Assembly: GCA_023412275.1 (NCBI GenBank)
Contig: JAEYNY010000115.1
Span: 402 to 64,401, forward strand
DNA length: 64,000 nucleotides
DNA from: Bacillota bacterium
Lineage (GTDB): Bacteria > Bacillota > Clostridia > Acetivibrionales > DSM-1351
Direction of reading: 5' to 3'
Shown in pieces: positions 9,958 to 18,750 of this stretch. Below the pieces are notes generated by a model, which was not told the origin of the DNA, did no database searches, and was given only the letters and a program-made list of their open reading frames with translations. Numbering within the stretch: position 1 is the first letter of the stretch; each line of letters begins with the position of its first letter. The translations under genes were made by a program, and so were the position numbers.

Positions 9958-11826
9958 ATGATTAAGACACTTAAAGGGAAGGTTTCGCTATTGTATTTAA
10001 GTCTCGTTATACTTATTGCTGTAGTCGGGATAACTGCTTCAGTGAACTTGTTTAGGTTAAGCAGAGCCATTGATGGCCTGATGATATCCAACTATAAGAG
10101 CATAAATGCTGCCAATATGATGATGGAAGCTATAGAACGGCAGGACAGTGCAGCGTTACTATATATAAATGTTGATACCCGAAAGGGTAAAGAGCTTTTT
10201 ACAAACAATAGCGAAGTATTTTTTAAATGGTACAATGTAGATTCCAATAATATTACTGAAAAAGGGGAAAAAGACATAGTAAATGCCATTCAGGCGTCCT
10301 ATACAAGATATATGACGCTATTCCTTGATTTGGAGGAAATACGCAGTAAGCAGGGTATATCAAAAGCAAATGAATTTTTTACTACACAAATGAGCACAGA
10401 GTTTACCAATACTAAAAATAAGCTTAGACTACTGAGCGTTCTAAATGAAAAGTCAATGTTTAAAAGCAAGGCTGAAGCTACAAAAAATGCTGAAGATTCA
10501 ATGTATCTTGTCCTTGGAATATCTATCGTGGCTTTTATAGGAGGATTTGTAGTATCAAGGTATTTTACAGATAGATTTTTAAAGCCCATCACCCTTTTGA
10601 CTCAGACAATGAAAATGGTAAAAGCCGGAGACCTGAATCAGGAGGCAAATATAAACACAAAGGATGAAATCGGTGAGCTTTCCTTAGAGTTTAACAATAT
10701 GACCAAGCGTCTTCAGCAATATGAGCAAAGTACATTGGGTAATCTTCTTGCAGAAAAAAATAAATCCGTTGCGATTGTTAAAAGTACTTCGGATCCGCTG
10801 GTAGTTCTTGATACTGATTACAGGATAATACTGCTAAATGATGCCTTTGAAAGCATATTTGGTGTCAGTGAGAAAGCACTGACAAACAAGCATTTTCTTG
10901 AAGGGATAAGAAACGGAGAAATCTTTGATTTTATCTCAAATGCATTCAAGTCTGGGGATGAGACACAGCAAAAAATATTTTCAGTCAGGGCGAATCAGGA
11001 GGATTACTATTTTAATATCATTGTAACAACCGTTAAAGATAATAATGCCAATCTTTCCGGCATGATAGCGGTTTTTCAGAATGTTACACAATTGAAGGAG
11101 CTAGAGAAAATAAGAACGGATTTCATTGCTACCATATCCCATGAGTTTAAAACACCACTAACGTCTATTATGATGGGGACGGATGTATTGATAGATGAGG
11201 GAATGGGTCAGCTGAATGATGACCAGAAACAGTTTATACATGCCATACGCGAAGATGGTGACAGGCTTACGAAACTTGTAAACGACTTGCTGGAGTTAAC
11301 ACGAATTGAGTCCGGAAGAGCCATTTTTAAGTTTAAGGAATATGCCATTGACGATATTATTGAATGTGCAGTAAAACCTTTTTATCAACTTTCAGAACAA
11401 CAGGATAAATCACTTTATTTCAAATGTGAAGAAGATATGCCTCCTGTCATAGTAGATTTTGAGAAGATCACCTGGGTTTTGAATAATCTGATTTCGAACG
11501 CATTAAAATATACCAATGCTGGCGATGAAATAAGCGTAACTGCTGCTGTTAATAAGGAAAATATGATGTGTGTTACCGTAAAAGACACAGGCTTGGGTAT
11601 TCCTAAAGAGTATATTGATAAAATTTTTGAAAAGTTTGTACAGGTAAAGGATGCTGATTTTGAAGTCAGAGGAACAGGTCTGGGGTTGGCAGTCGTAAGA
11701 GAAATTATTGAAGCACATGAGGGACGGATATGGTGCGAAAGTCGGCTAGACCTCGGCAGCAGTTTCAGCTTCACACTGAAAGTTTCAGAAAGGGAAATAA
11801 ACGATGCAAAAAGTTTTGGTAGTTGA
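9958..11826 (+). CDS. membrane histidine kinase (4-helix sensor, HAMP, PAS, HisKA, HATPase)
   Basis: two TM segments, HAMP 'DEIGELSLEFNNM', H-box SHEFKTPL, N-box NLISNALKY, G-boxes DTGLG and GTGLGL. Confidence 0.92.
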   Translation: MIKTLKGKVSLLYLSLVILIAVVGITASVNLFRLSRAIDGLMISNYKSINAANMMMEAIERQDSAALLYINVDTRKGKELFTNNSEVFFKWYNVDSNNITEKGEKDIVNAIQASYTRYMTLFLDLEEIRSKQGISKANEFFTTQMSTEFTNTKNKLRLLSVLNEKSMFKSKAEATKNAEDSMYLVLGISIVAFIGGFVVSRYFTDRFLKPITLLTQTMKMVKAGDLNQEANINTKDEIGELSLEFNNMTKRLQQYEQSTLGNLLAEKNKSVAIVKSTSDPLVVLDTDYRIILLNDAFESIFGVSEKALTNKHFLEGIRNGEIFDFISNAFKSGDETQQKIFSVRANQEDYYFNIIVTTVKDNNANLSGMIAVFQNVTQLKELEKIRTDFIATISHEFKTPLTSIMMGTDVLIDEGMGQLNDDQKQFIHAIREDGDRLTKLVNDLLELTRIESGRAIFKFKEYAIDDIIECAVKPFYQLSEQQDKSLYFKCEEDMPPVIVDFEKITWVLNNLISNALKYTNAGDEISVTAAVNKENMMCVTVKDTGLGIPKEYIDKIFEKFVQVKDADFEVRGTGLGLAVVREIIEAHEGRIWCESRLDLGSSFSFTLKVSEREINDAKSFGS

Positions 11827-12391
11827 TGACACAAAAAATATCAGAATGATATTAACAAAATGTCTTGAACTGGAAGGATACGAGGTGTTGACGGCAAGTG
11901 ACGGAAAGCAGGCTTTGGAGCTTTTTATGACACATAGCTTTGATCTGGCCTTTCTTGATATAAAGCTTCCCGAGGTACGTGGGACAGAAGTTTTAAAGAG
12001 GATAAGAGAACACGGTATCAAAACGCCTGTAATAATTATTACAGCATATGCAACAGTCAAGAATGCGGTGGATTGCACTAATATGGGTGCTGTTGCGTAT
12101 GTCCAGAAACCATTTTCTGCCGACAAAATAAGAACTGTGATAAAAGAGTTTGAAAAATCTCATTTTAATAATAAAAATGAAGAGAATTCAGAAAGTTTTA
12201 TTTTAAGAGCAAAGGCTTTTCTTGATGCTAATGAATATGAAAAATCACTGGAATTGGCCCAAAAGGCTCTTGCAAAGGATATTGAAAATCCGGATATATA
12301 TTTACTCATAAGCAGGGCTTACAGAGGACTTGAAAATGAAAAAAGTGCTGAAAGGTTTTATCAGTTTTATAAGACATTAATTTCCGAGTAA
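11804..12391 (+). CDS. response regulator, REC plus TPR-like tail, no DNA-binding domain
   Basis: VLVVDD, FLDIKLP, IIITAY, YVQKPF; C-terminal helical TPR-like 'AKAFLDANEYEKSLELAQKAL...IYLLISRAY'. Confidence 0.85.
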   Translation: MQKVLVVDDTKNIRMILTKCLELEGYEVLTASDGKQALELFMTHSFDLAFLDIKLPEVRGTEVLKRIREHGIKTPVIIITAYATVKNAVDCTNMGAVAYVQKPFSADKIRTVIKEFEKSHFNNKNEENSESFILRAKAFLDANEYEKSLELAQKALAKDIENPDIYLLISRAYRGLENEKSAERFYQFYKTLISE

Positions 12392-12495
12392 TGAGTTATA
12401 CAGCTCACAAATATATTGATTTGGAGTACCGTTCATTATACATTTTTTAAAGTATCCCGGGATGAATCTAGTGCTTTAATAAAATACAGTTATAC

Positions 12496-12548
12496 CAACG
12501 GTTTTAGGGATTTTATGTGAATATGTCCTTGGAACCGTTGTCTTTTTT
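12496..12548 (+). terminator. intrinsic terminator after the two-component genes
   Basis: CAACGGTTTTAGGGAT ... GTCCTTGGAACCGTTG followed by TCTTTTTT. Confidence 0.65.
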
Positions 12549-12589
12549 GTGCAATTAATTTTTAGATCTCGGCTCAACTCCGTAAAGTA

Positions 12590-12618
12590 TTGACAAATAT
12601 TGTATAAAGAATTAATAT
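12590..12618 (+). promoter_or_regulatory. sigma-A-type promoter of the biosynthetic operon
   Basis: TTGACA 12590-12595, 17 nt, TAATAT 12613-12618. Confidence 0.6.
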
Positions 12619-12740
12619 TATATAAATATAGCAATTGGAATTAAAATCACAAAAATAAAATCATTGTAAGAAAAGTCATTATTATACATGAAGATACCCC
12701 TCGAAATAGATGCATTCTATGAGTGAAATCCATTAATTAG

Positions 12741-13466
12741 GTGGCTGATATTGTGAAAAAAGTAAGATTATATGCATTTCCCTTTGCGGGGGGAACTGCT
12801 ACAGCATATAATAGCTGGAAAAAGTATATCAATGAGTCTATTGAATTTTGTCAGGTAGAATTGGCAGGAAGAGGCAGAAGGATTGGTACACCTTTTTATA
12901 AAAGCATTAAAGAGGCATCTGATGATGTGTTTGATATTATTAAATCTGACATTGAAACATCGGAGTATGCTTTTTTTGGGCATAGTATGGGATGCTTGAT
13001 TGCATATGAATTATGTTTAAAGATTGAAAGTTTAGGACTAAAAAGACCGAAACATGTTTTCTTATCAGGAAAGAAACCTCCGAATATATCTAAACAAAGT
13101 GATGAACATTTACATATGCTTCCAGAATGTGAATTTTTAGAAGAAGTAAAAAAATTCGGAGGATTACCGAAGGAGATTTTAGAATTCAAGCCATTACTTG
13201 ATTTGTTCCTTCCGGTTATAAGGGCAGATTTGAAAATTGTTGAAACATATAATTGTTTTGATTTTAATGAGAAAATGCATAGCGATATTACGTTATTTCG
13301 AGGGGATAAAGATGATATTACTGAAGAGGATATGCTTAGATGGAGTGAAAGCACATTTGGAAAAAGTAGATTAATTAATTTTTCTGGGGGACATTTTTTT
13401 ATTTATGAGCATGAAAACAATGTTGCTAATATTATAAATCAAACACTGCTAAATTACTATGAATGA
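12741..13466 (+). CDS. type II thioesterase (GrsT-like)
   Basis: FPFAGG, ELAGRGRR, GHSMG nucleophile, GGHFFI. Confidence 0.93.
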   Translation: MADIVKKVRLYAFPFAGGTATAYNSWKKYINESIEFCQVELAGRGRRIGTPFYKSIKEASDDVFDIIKSDIETSEYAFFGHSMGCLIAYELCLKIESLGLKRPKHVFLSGKKPPNISKQSDEHLHMLPECEFLEEVKKFGGLPKEILEFKPLLDLFLPVIRADLKIVETYNCFDFNEKMHSDITLFRGDKDDITEEDMLRWSESTFGKSRLINFSGGHFFIYEHENNVANIINQTLLNYYE

Positions 13467-13564
13467 AATGGAAAGGCAAAATTCATGGAAGTATAATTGG
13501 CAGTGTTTTTTAATGATAAAAAAACATATGACATATAAACATAATCTTAGGAGGGGTGCTTGAG

Positions 13565-16500
13565 GTGGAGATAATTTCTATAAATAATGAAAGTAATAGT
13601 TATTGGAAGAGTAAGATTGAAAGAATTTTTGACAAAAGTTATTTTCCAATTGATAAAAGTATTATGGATTTCAATAAAACGATTGAGTTAAGTAGTAGTA
13701 GAAAAACTGAGCATTTTAGAATTAACATAGACAATTCAAGCCAAATATTAGAGATTACAGACAATTCTGACCAAGATTTGTTTGTGTTCTTAGCTGCATC
13801 TTTAATGGTTCTTATAAACAAATATGCTCAAATTGATCAAGTTTCAATTGGTTCATTTGGATTTGACAATGTCGATGACGGGCCTAATTATCTGGTGATA
13901 ATAGAAAACATGGTTAGTTATGAAATGAGTTTTAATGAGCTAATAAAAGCTGTTAAAGAAGAAGTATTAGAAATACGAACTAAAATTGGGTTCGATGTTT
14001 CTGAATTTATTGATTCAGGAAGTGCTTATGCTTTTGAGGTCTTTATGTCACTTAGTAATATTCAGAAAAAGGCAATCCTTAAAAATCTAAGGGCTAAGAT
14101 TGAGTTTAATTTTGAAAGAAAAGACTCGCAAATTATTCTGGATATTGAGTATTGTGATTTATTCAAACAAAATACAATCGAAAGGATTGCGGGGCATTAC
14201 TCAAATTTAGTTAAAAATATATTGCAAAATACTGGCAGTAAGATAAGCGATTTAGACATTTTAGACGAAAAAGAAAAAGCATTGATTTTGTCTGATTTTT
14301 GCAGCCTTAAGCTTGATTATCCTGAGAAAAAAACTATTGCTAAGCTCTTTGAAGAACAAGTTGAAAGAACCCCTCACAATATCGCAGTTGAATTCAAGGA
14401 AGAAAAAATTACATATAAAGAACTCAATGAAAGGGCAAACAAGCTTTCAAATTTTCTAATACTAAACGGGGTTACTCCCGAAACTGTGGTTGGAGTGATG
14501 CTTGAAAGATCAGTAGAAATGGTTGTCAGCCTGATTGCCATTTTAAAGGCTGGAGGAGCATATTTGCCAATTGACTCTTCTTATCCGGAAGATAGAATTA
14601 TGTATATGTTGGATAACTCAGGTGCAAAATATCTGATTACATCTAAAAGTGCTAAAGAAGGTATTAACTTTACTAATCTAAGAAATTTTGAATCAAACAA
14701 AGATTATAGAATTATACAAACAAACCCAAGAAAATTCATAAAGAACTTTGATGCTTTGCCAGTTCCGGATAGATCACTAATTGACTTGAGAAATTATAAG
14801 AACAAAATCGGAATGGCAAGTGTAACGAACTGCATATCAATTCAATCCACAAGAGGATGTCCGTATAAGTGTCTGTACTGCCACAAGATCTGGGCTAAAT
14901 CCCACGTTTGCCGCAGTGCTGAAAATTTATACAATGAGGTAGAGTATTATTATAAAAACGGAGTAACCAACTTTGCTTTTATTGATGATATTTTTAATTT
15001 AAATAAGCAAAATAGCAGTGAATTCTTAAAGATGATTATAAAAAACAAATTGAAAGTCCAACTCTTTTTCCCTAATGGCCTTCGAGGAGACCTCTTACCT
15101 GATGATTATATTGATTTGATGGTGGAAGCAGGTACCAGATTATTAAACCTTTCTTTGGAAACAGCATCCCCAAGACTCCAAAAGCTTTTGAAGAAAGATT
15201 TGGATTTGGATCAATTCGGTAGATCTGTTAATTATATCGCAACCAAGCATCCAAATGTTATCTTGGAACTTGCAACCATGCATGGCTTCCCTACGGAAAC
15301 CGAAAAAGAAGCAATGATGACTTTAGATTTTATTAAGAGTGTTAAATGGCTACATTTTGCGTATATACATATATTGAAGATATTCCCCAATACAGAAATG
15401 GAATCGTTTGCTTTAGAAAATGGCATTTTAAAGCAAGATATAATGAACTCAAGAAACCGAGCTTTTCATGACCTTCCGGATACATTACCATTTTCAAAAT
15501 CCTTCACTAGGCAGTACCAAGCTATGTTCATGAATGAATATGTTTTGTCGAAAGACCGGTTGAGACAGGTACTTCCTGTACAAATGAAAATAATGACTGA
15601 AGAAGCTTTGGTCCAGAAATATAATGGGTATTTACCGACAGACATCAAATGTCTTGAGGATATATTAAACTTTACACGGTTGGACGATTTAAAAATACCT
15701 TCTGAGTTTAGAGAAACTAAAAAAGACTCGGTTGAAATATTTAATAGGGAGCCTGCCAAGCAAACAGTAAGAAAGGATGCCAAAAGGATTTTGTTCTTGG
15801 ACTTATCGCAGCATTATAGCTCTTATAAAATGCTTTATAAAGTTGCTGAGCAGCCTTTAGGGATGATTTGCCTGGGCACATACCTGAAAAAGGAATTTGG
15901 AGACAAACTGGAAATAAAAATTTGCAAGTCTGGTAATGACTTTGATAGTTATGCAGAGTTAAAGGCTATAGTAAATGAATTTAAACCTGATTTAATAGGT
16001 ATAAGAACACTGACATTTTTTAAAGAATTTTTTCATGAGACTGCATCCTTATTAAGATTGTGGGGAGTAAAGGTTCCGATAATTGCGGGAGGTCCATATG
16101 CTTCTAGTGATTATGATTACATTCTAAAGGATAAAAATATAAATATTGCTGCTATTGGTGAAGGTGAAATAACAATTTCTGAACTTGTTGGAAAAATGCT
16201 TAAAAATGGATTTAAGCTTCCTTCAATTGATGAACTGAAGGAGATTGATGGAATAGTATTTACTGAAGATTTTAAAGACACTTCATGCGATGTGCTGGTT
16301 TTGGAAGATATTACAGAAGAATTAGATTCCCAAAGTTCGTCGAACCCTTACGTAGAAGTTGAAGGTAATAATTTGGCATATGTGATGTATACCTCAGGTT
16401 CTACAGGAAGGCCAAAAGGGGTAATGATAGAACATAGTCAGGTTAATAATTGCATATCTTGGATGCAGAATGAATTCAAGCTGGATGAAAAAGATGTTGC

Positions 16501-18718
16501 TGTACAACGAACAAATTTGACATTTGACCCGTCGGTATGGGAAATCTTTTGGCCTCTATATGTAGGTGCATCAGTAAAGCTTTTGACTTCATTCCAAAGT
16601 AAAGATCCGGTATATCTGATAAACTTGCTGTCAAACCAAAACAACCTTACGACGATGTACTGTCCAGCTTCAATGATAAATGCAATGCTGACAGCACTTG
16701 AAACCGGAAAAGAAGACAAAAAGCTAAGTATGCCCCTTCTTTTTATAGGAGCAGAAGCAATATCAAGAGATGTAGTTAATAAGTTTTATGAATATTTTAA
16801 TGGCAGGATAGTAAATACGTATGGACCTACCGAGTGCACCATCAATAATACATTTACATATATAGAAAGAAATGAGGAAGGGGCTGTACCAATAGGAAAG
16901 CCCATTGCGAACAACAACATTTATATTCTATCAAAAGGAATGCAGCTTATGCCAGTAGGAATACAAGGTGAAATATGTATATCTGGGAAGAGCGTTGGAA
17001 GAGGGTATATAAATGATAAGGCTAATACTGATAAAGGATTTGTAACTGACTATTTAGGTAAAGATGTAATGTTTAGGACTGGAGATGTTGCAAAATGGAG
17101 AGAGGATGGCAATATTGAAATTCTGGGCAGAAATGATGAACAAATTAAAATTCGTGGGTACAGAATTGAGCTTGGAGAAATAGAGTCCAACATAAAGAAA
17201 TATCCGGGTATAAGTAACTGCATTGTTACTGTTAAGGATATGAGTGTAAGGCATAAAGAAATAAATACATGCAAACATTGCGGTATTACTACTGCTTATC
17301 CAAGGGTGACCATAAATGAGGACGGAAAATGTGATGTTTGCGGGGAGTATAGTCGCTATGATGAAATAATTAAAAGTTATTTTAAAACCAGCAATGATTT
17401 GGACAAGCTTCTCAAAGCAGGCGAAAAAACATCTAATTACGATTGCATGATCTTATACAGTGGCGGGTTAGGAGCTGCGTATGCATTGTACAGATTGGTT
17501 GAAATGGGACATAAGGTCTTGGCTGTTACGTATAATAACGGCTATTTCCCAAAATCCGACTTAGAAAATATAAAGAAAATTACATCTGCTCTGGGTGTTG
17601 ATCATATTTACCTAGAGCATGAAAAATCAGACGATATTCTAAGGGAAAGCCTTAATATGGCAAATACAGTTTGTAAGGGATGTTTCCATGTTTCCTCAGT
17701 GCTTGCGGGTGAATATGCTTTAAAGAATAAGATTAAGTATGTAATAGGAGCAACTCTATCAAGAGGACAAATTATTGAGAATAAATTGTCAATGTTTATA
17801 CAACAGGGAATAAATGATGTATGTGAAATTGAAAAAGGAATTACGCAAGTACAACTCAATGTCCCAAATATGGATAAAGAAATATTCTACGAAATTGGTA
17901 TTAATGCTTTGCAATATAAGGAAATATATGACAATGTTAACTTTATTGACTTTTACCGGTATGAAAACGTAACTAACCAGGAGATTATTTCATACTTAGA
18001 ATCTAAAGATGTGTATTGGGAAAGCAAAAAGAAATATGCTATATATTCAACAAATTGTCCATTGAAGCAAATAGGTGATTTTACCCATCTAAAGGGTAAA
18101 GGTTATCATTTCTATGGAAGTGCTACAAGCTGGGAAAAGAGACTTGGGCATATCGCCTTTGAGAATGTTAAAGAAGACTTGGATGTAAAAGTCTCAGAAA
18201 AAGCAATCGGAAATTTCTCCAGGAGAATCGGATATTCTTCAATTAATGAAAAACAGGAAGATAGAAGTATATGTGCCTATTATTTATCTGAAACAGATAT
18301 ACCATTAGGGAAAATAAAGGACTTTTTATCGAGTAGGCTCCCAAACTATATGATACCTGTACATATTGTTAAAATTGGTGAGATTCCTTATACAAATGAT
18401 GGAAAGGTAGACAAGAATAAATTGCCTATACCTGTTTTAGAGCAGAATAATGACAAAGTTGCTCCAACCGATGAGCTAGAGCAGAAATTACTCGAGATAT
18501 ACTGTAATGTTCTTAAGGTAGATCAAACAAATATCGGAATTACAGATAATTTCTTTGATATTGGAGGGGACTCATTAAAAATGACTCAACTGGTATCTAA
18601 GGTTCTTTCTGAGGTTCTCAATCTTACTGGAGAAGATCTGTATTTGTTTGAGGGATTGGCAGATCTGATGCAAATACCTACAATAAATGGCTTCGCAGAA
18701 TATATTAGGAAGCTTTAA
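13565..18718 (+). CDS. NRPS: partial C - A domain doubly interrupted (radical SAM + B12-binding; AANH-like) - PCP
   Basis: A1 TYKELN, A2 LKAGGAYLPID, then CPYKCLYC rSAM core and B12 domain (PLGM...GGPYAS...GEGE), A3 YTSGSTGRPKG, A5 YGPTE, A8 GRNDEQIKIRGYRIELGE, about 340-aa insert, A9 LPNYMIP, A10 NDGKVDK, PCP FFDIGGDSL; GTG 13565 fits RBS AGGAGG better than 13556. Confidence 0.9.
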   Translation: MEIISINNESNSYWKSKIERIFDKSYFPIDKSIMDFNKTIELSSSRKTEHFRINIDNSSQILEITDNSDQDLFVFLAASLMVLINKYAQIDQVSIGSFGFDNVDDGPNYLVIIENMVSYEMSFNELIKAVKEEVLEIRTKIGFDVSEFIDSGSAYAFEVFMSLSNIQKKAILKNLRAKIEFNFERKDSQIILDIEYCDLFKQNTIERIAGHYSNLVKNILQNTGSKISDLDILDEKEKALILSDFCSLKLDYPEKKTIAKLFEEQVERTPHNIAVEFKEEKITYKELNERANKLSNFLILNGVTPETVVGVMLERSVEMVVSLIAILKAGGAYLPIDSSYPEDRIMYMLDNSGAKYLITSKSAKEGINFTNLRNFESNKDYRIIQTNPRKFIKNFDALPVPDRSLIDLRNYKNKIGMASVTNCISIQSTRGCPYKCLYCHKIWAKSHVCRSAENLYNEVEYYYKNGVTNFAFIDDIFNLNKQNSSEFLKMIIKNKLKVQLFFPNGLRGDLLPDDYIDLMVEAGTRLLNLSLETASPRLQKLLKKDLDLDQFGRSVNYIATKHPNVILELATMHGFPTETEKEAMMTLDFIKSVKWLHFAYIHILKIFPNTEMESFALENGILKQDIMNSRNRAFHDLPDTLPFSKSFTRQYQAMFMNEYVLSKDRLRQVLPVQMKIMTEEALVQKYNGYLPTDIKCLEDILNFTRLDDLKIPSEFRETKKDSVEIFNREPAKQTVRKDAKRILFLDLSQHYSSYKMLYKVAEQPLGMICLGTYLKKEFGDKLEIKICKSGNDFDSYAELKAIVNEFKPDLIGIRTLTFFKEFFHETASLLRLWGVKVPIIAGGPYASSDYDYILKDKNINIAAIGEGEITISELVGKMLKNGFKLPSIDELKEIDGIVFTEDFKDTSCDVLVLEDITEELDSQSSSNPYVEVEGNNLAYVMYTSGSTGRPKGVMIEHSQVNNCISWMQNEFKLDEKDVAVQRTNLTFDPSVWEIFWPLYVGASVKLLTSFQSKDPVYLINLLSNQNNLTTMYCPASMINAMLTALETGKEDKKLSMPLLFIGAEAISRDVVNKFYEYFNGRIVNTYGPTECTINNTFTYIERNEEGAVPIGKPIANNNIYILSKGMQLMPVGIQGEICISGKSVGRGYINDKANTDKGFVTDYLGKDVMFRTGDVAKWREDGNIEILGRNDEQIKIRGYRIELGEIESNIKKYPGISNCIVTVKDMSVRHKEINTCKHCGITTAYPRVTINEDGKCDVCGEYSRYDEIIKSYFKTSNDLDKLLKAGEKTSNYDCMILYSGGLGAAYALYRLVEMGHKVLAVTYNNGYFPKSDLENIKKITSALGVDHIYLEHEKSDDILRESLNMANTVCKGCFHVSSVLAGEYALKNKIKYVIGATLSRGQIIENKLSMFIQQGINDVCEIEKGITQVQLNVPNMDKEIFYEIGINALQYKEIYDNVNFIDFYRYENVTNQEIISYLESKDVYWESKKKYAIYSTNCPLKQIGDFTHLKGKGYHFYGSATSWEKRLGHIAFENVKEDLDVKVSEKAIGNFSRRIGYSSINEKQEDRSICAYYLSETDIPLGKIKDFLSSRLPNYMIPVHIVKIGEIPYTNDGKVDKNKLPIPVLEQNNDKVAPTDELEQKLLEIYCNVLKVDQTNIGITDNFFDIGGDSLKMTQLVSKVLSEVLNLTGEDLYLFEGLADLMQIPTINGFAEYIRKL

Positions 18719-18750
18719 TATCATTATTAATTATTTGGAGGGAATAGATT

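Noticed and set aside
17240..18260. beta-lactam synthetase or asparagine synthetase (carbapenem-like pathway) suggested by SGGL plus B12-rSAMs
   Set aside because: No Ntn-glutaminase-like domain, motif is SGGLGA not SGGLDS, the CxxC-rich start fits a different AANH subgroup, and no carboxymethylproline synthase is present
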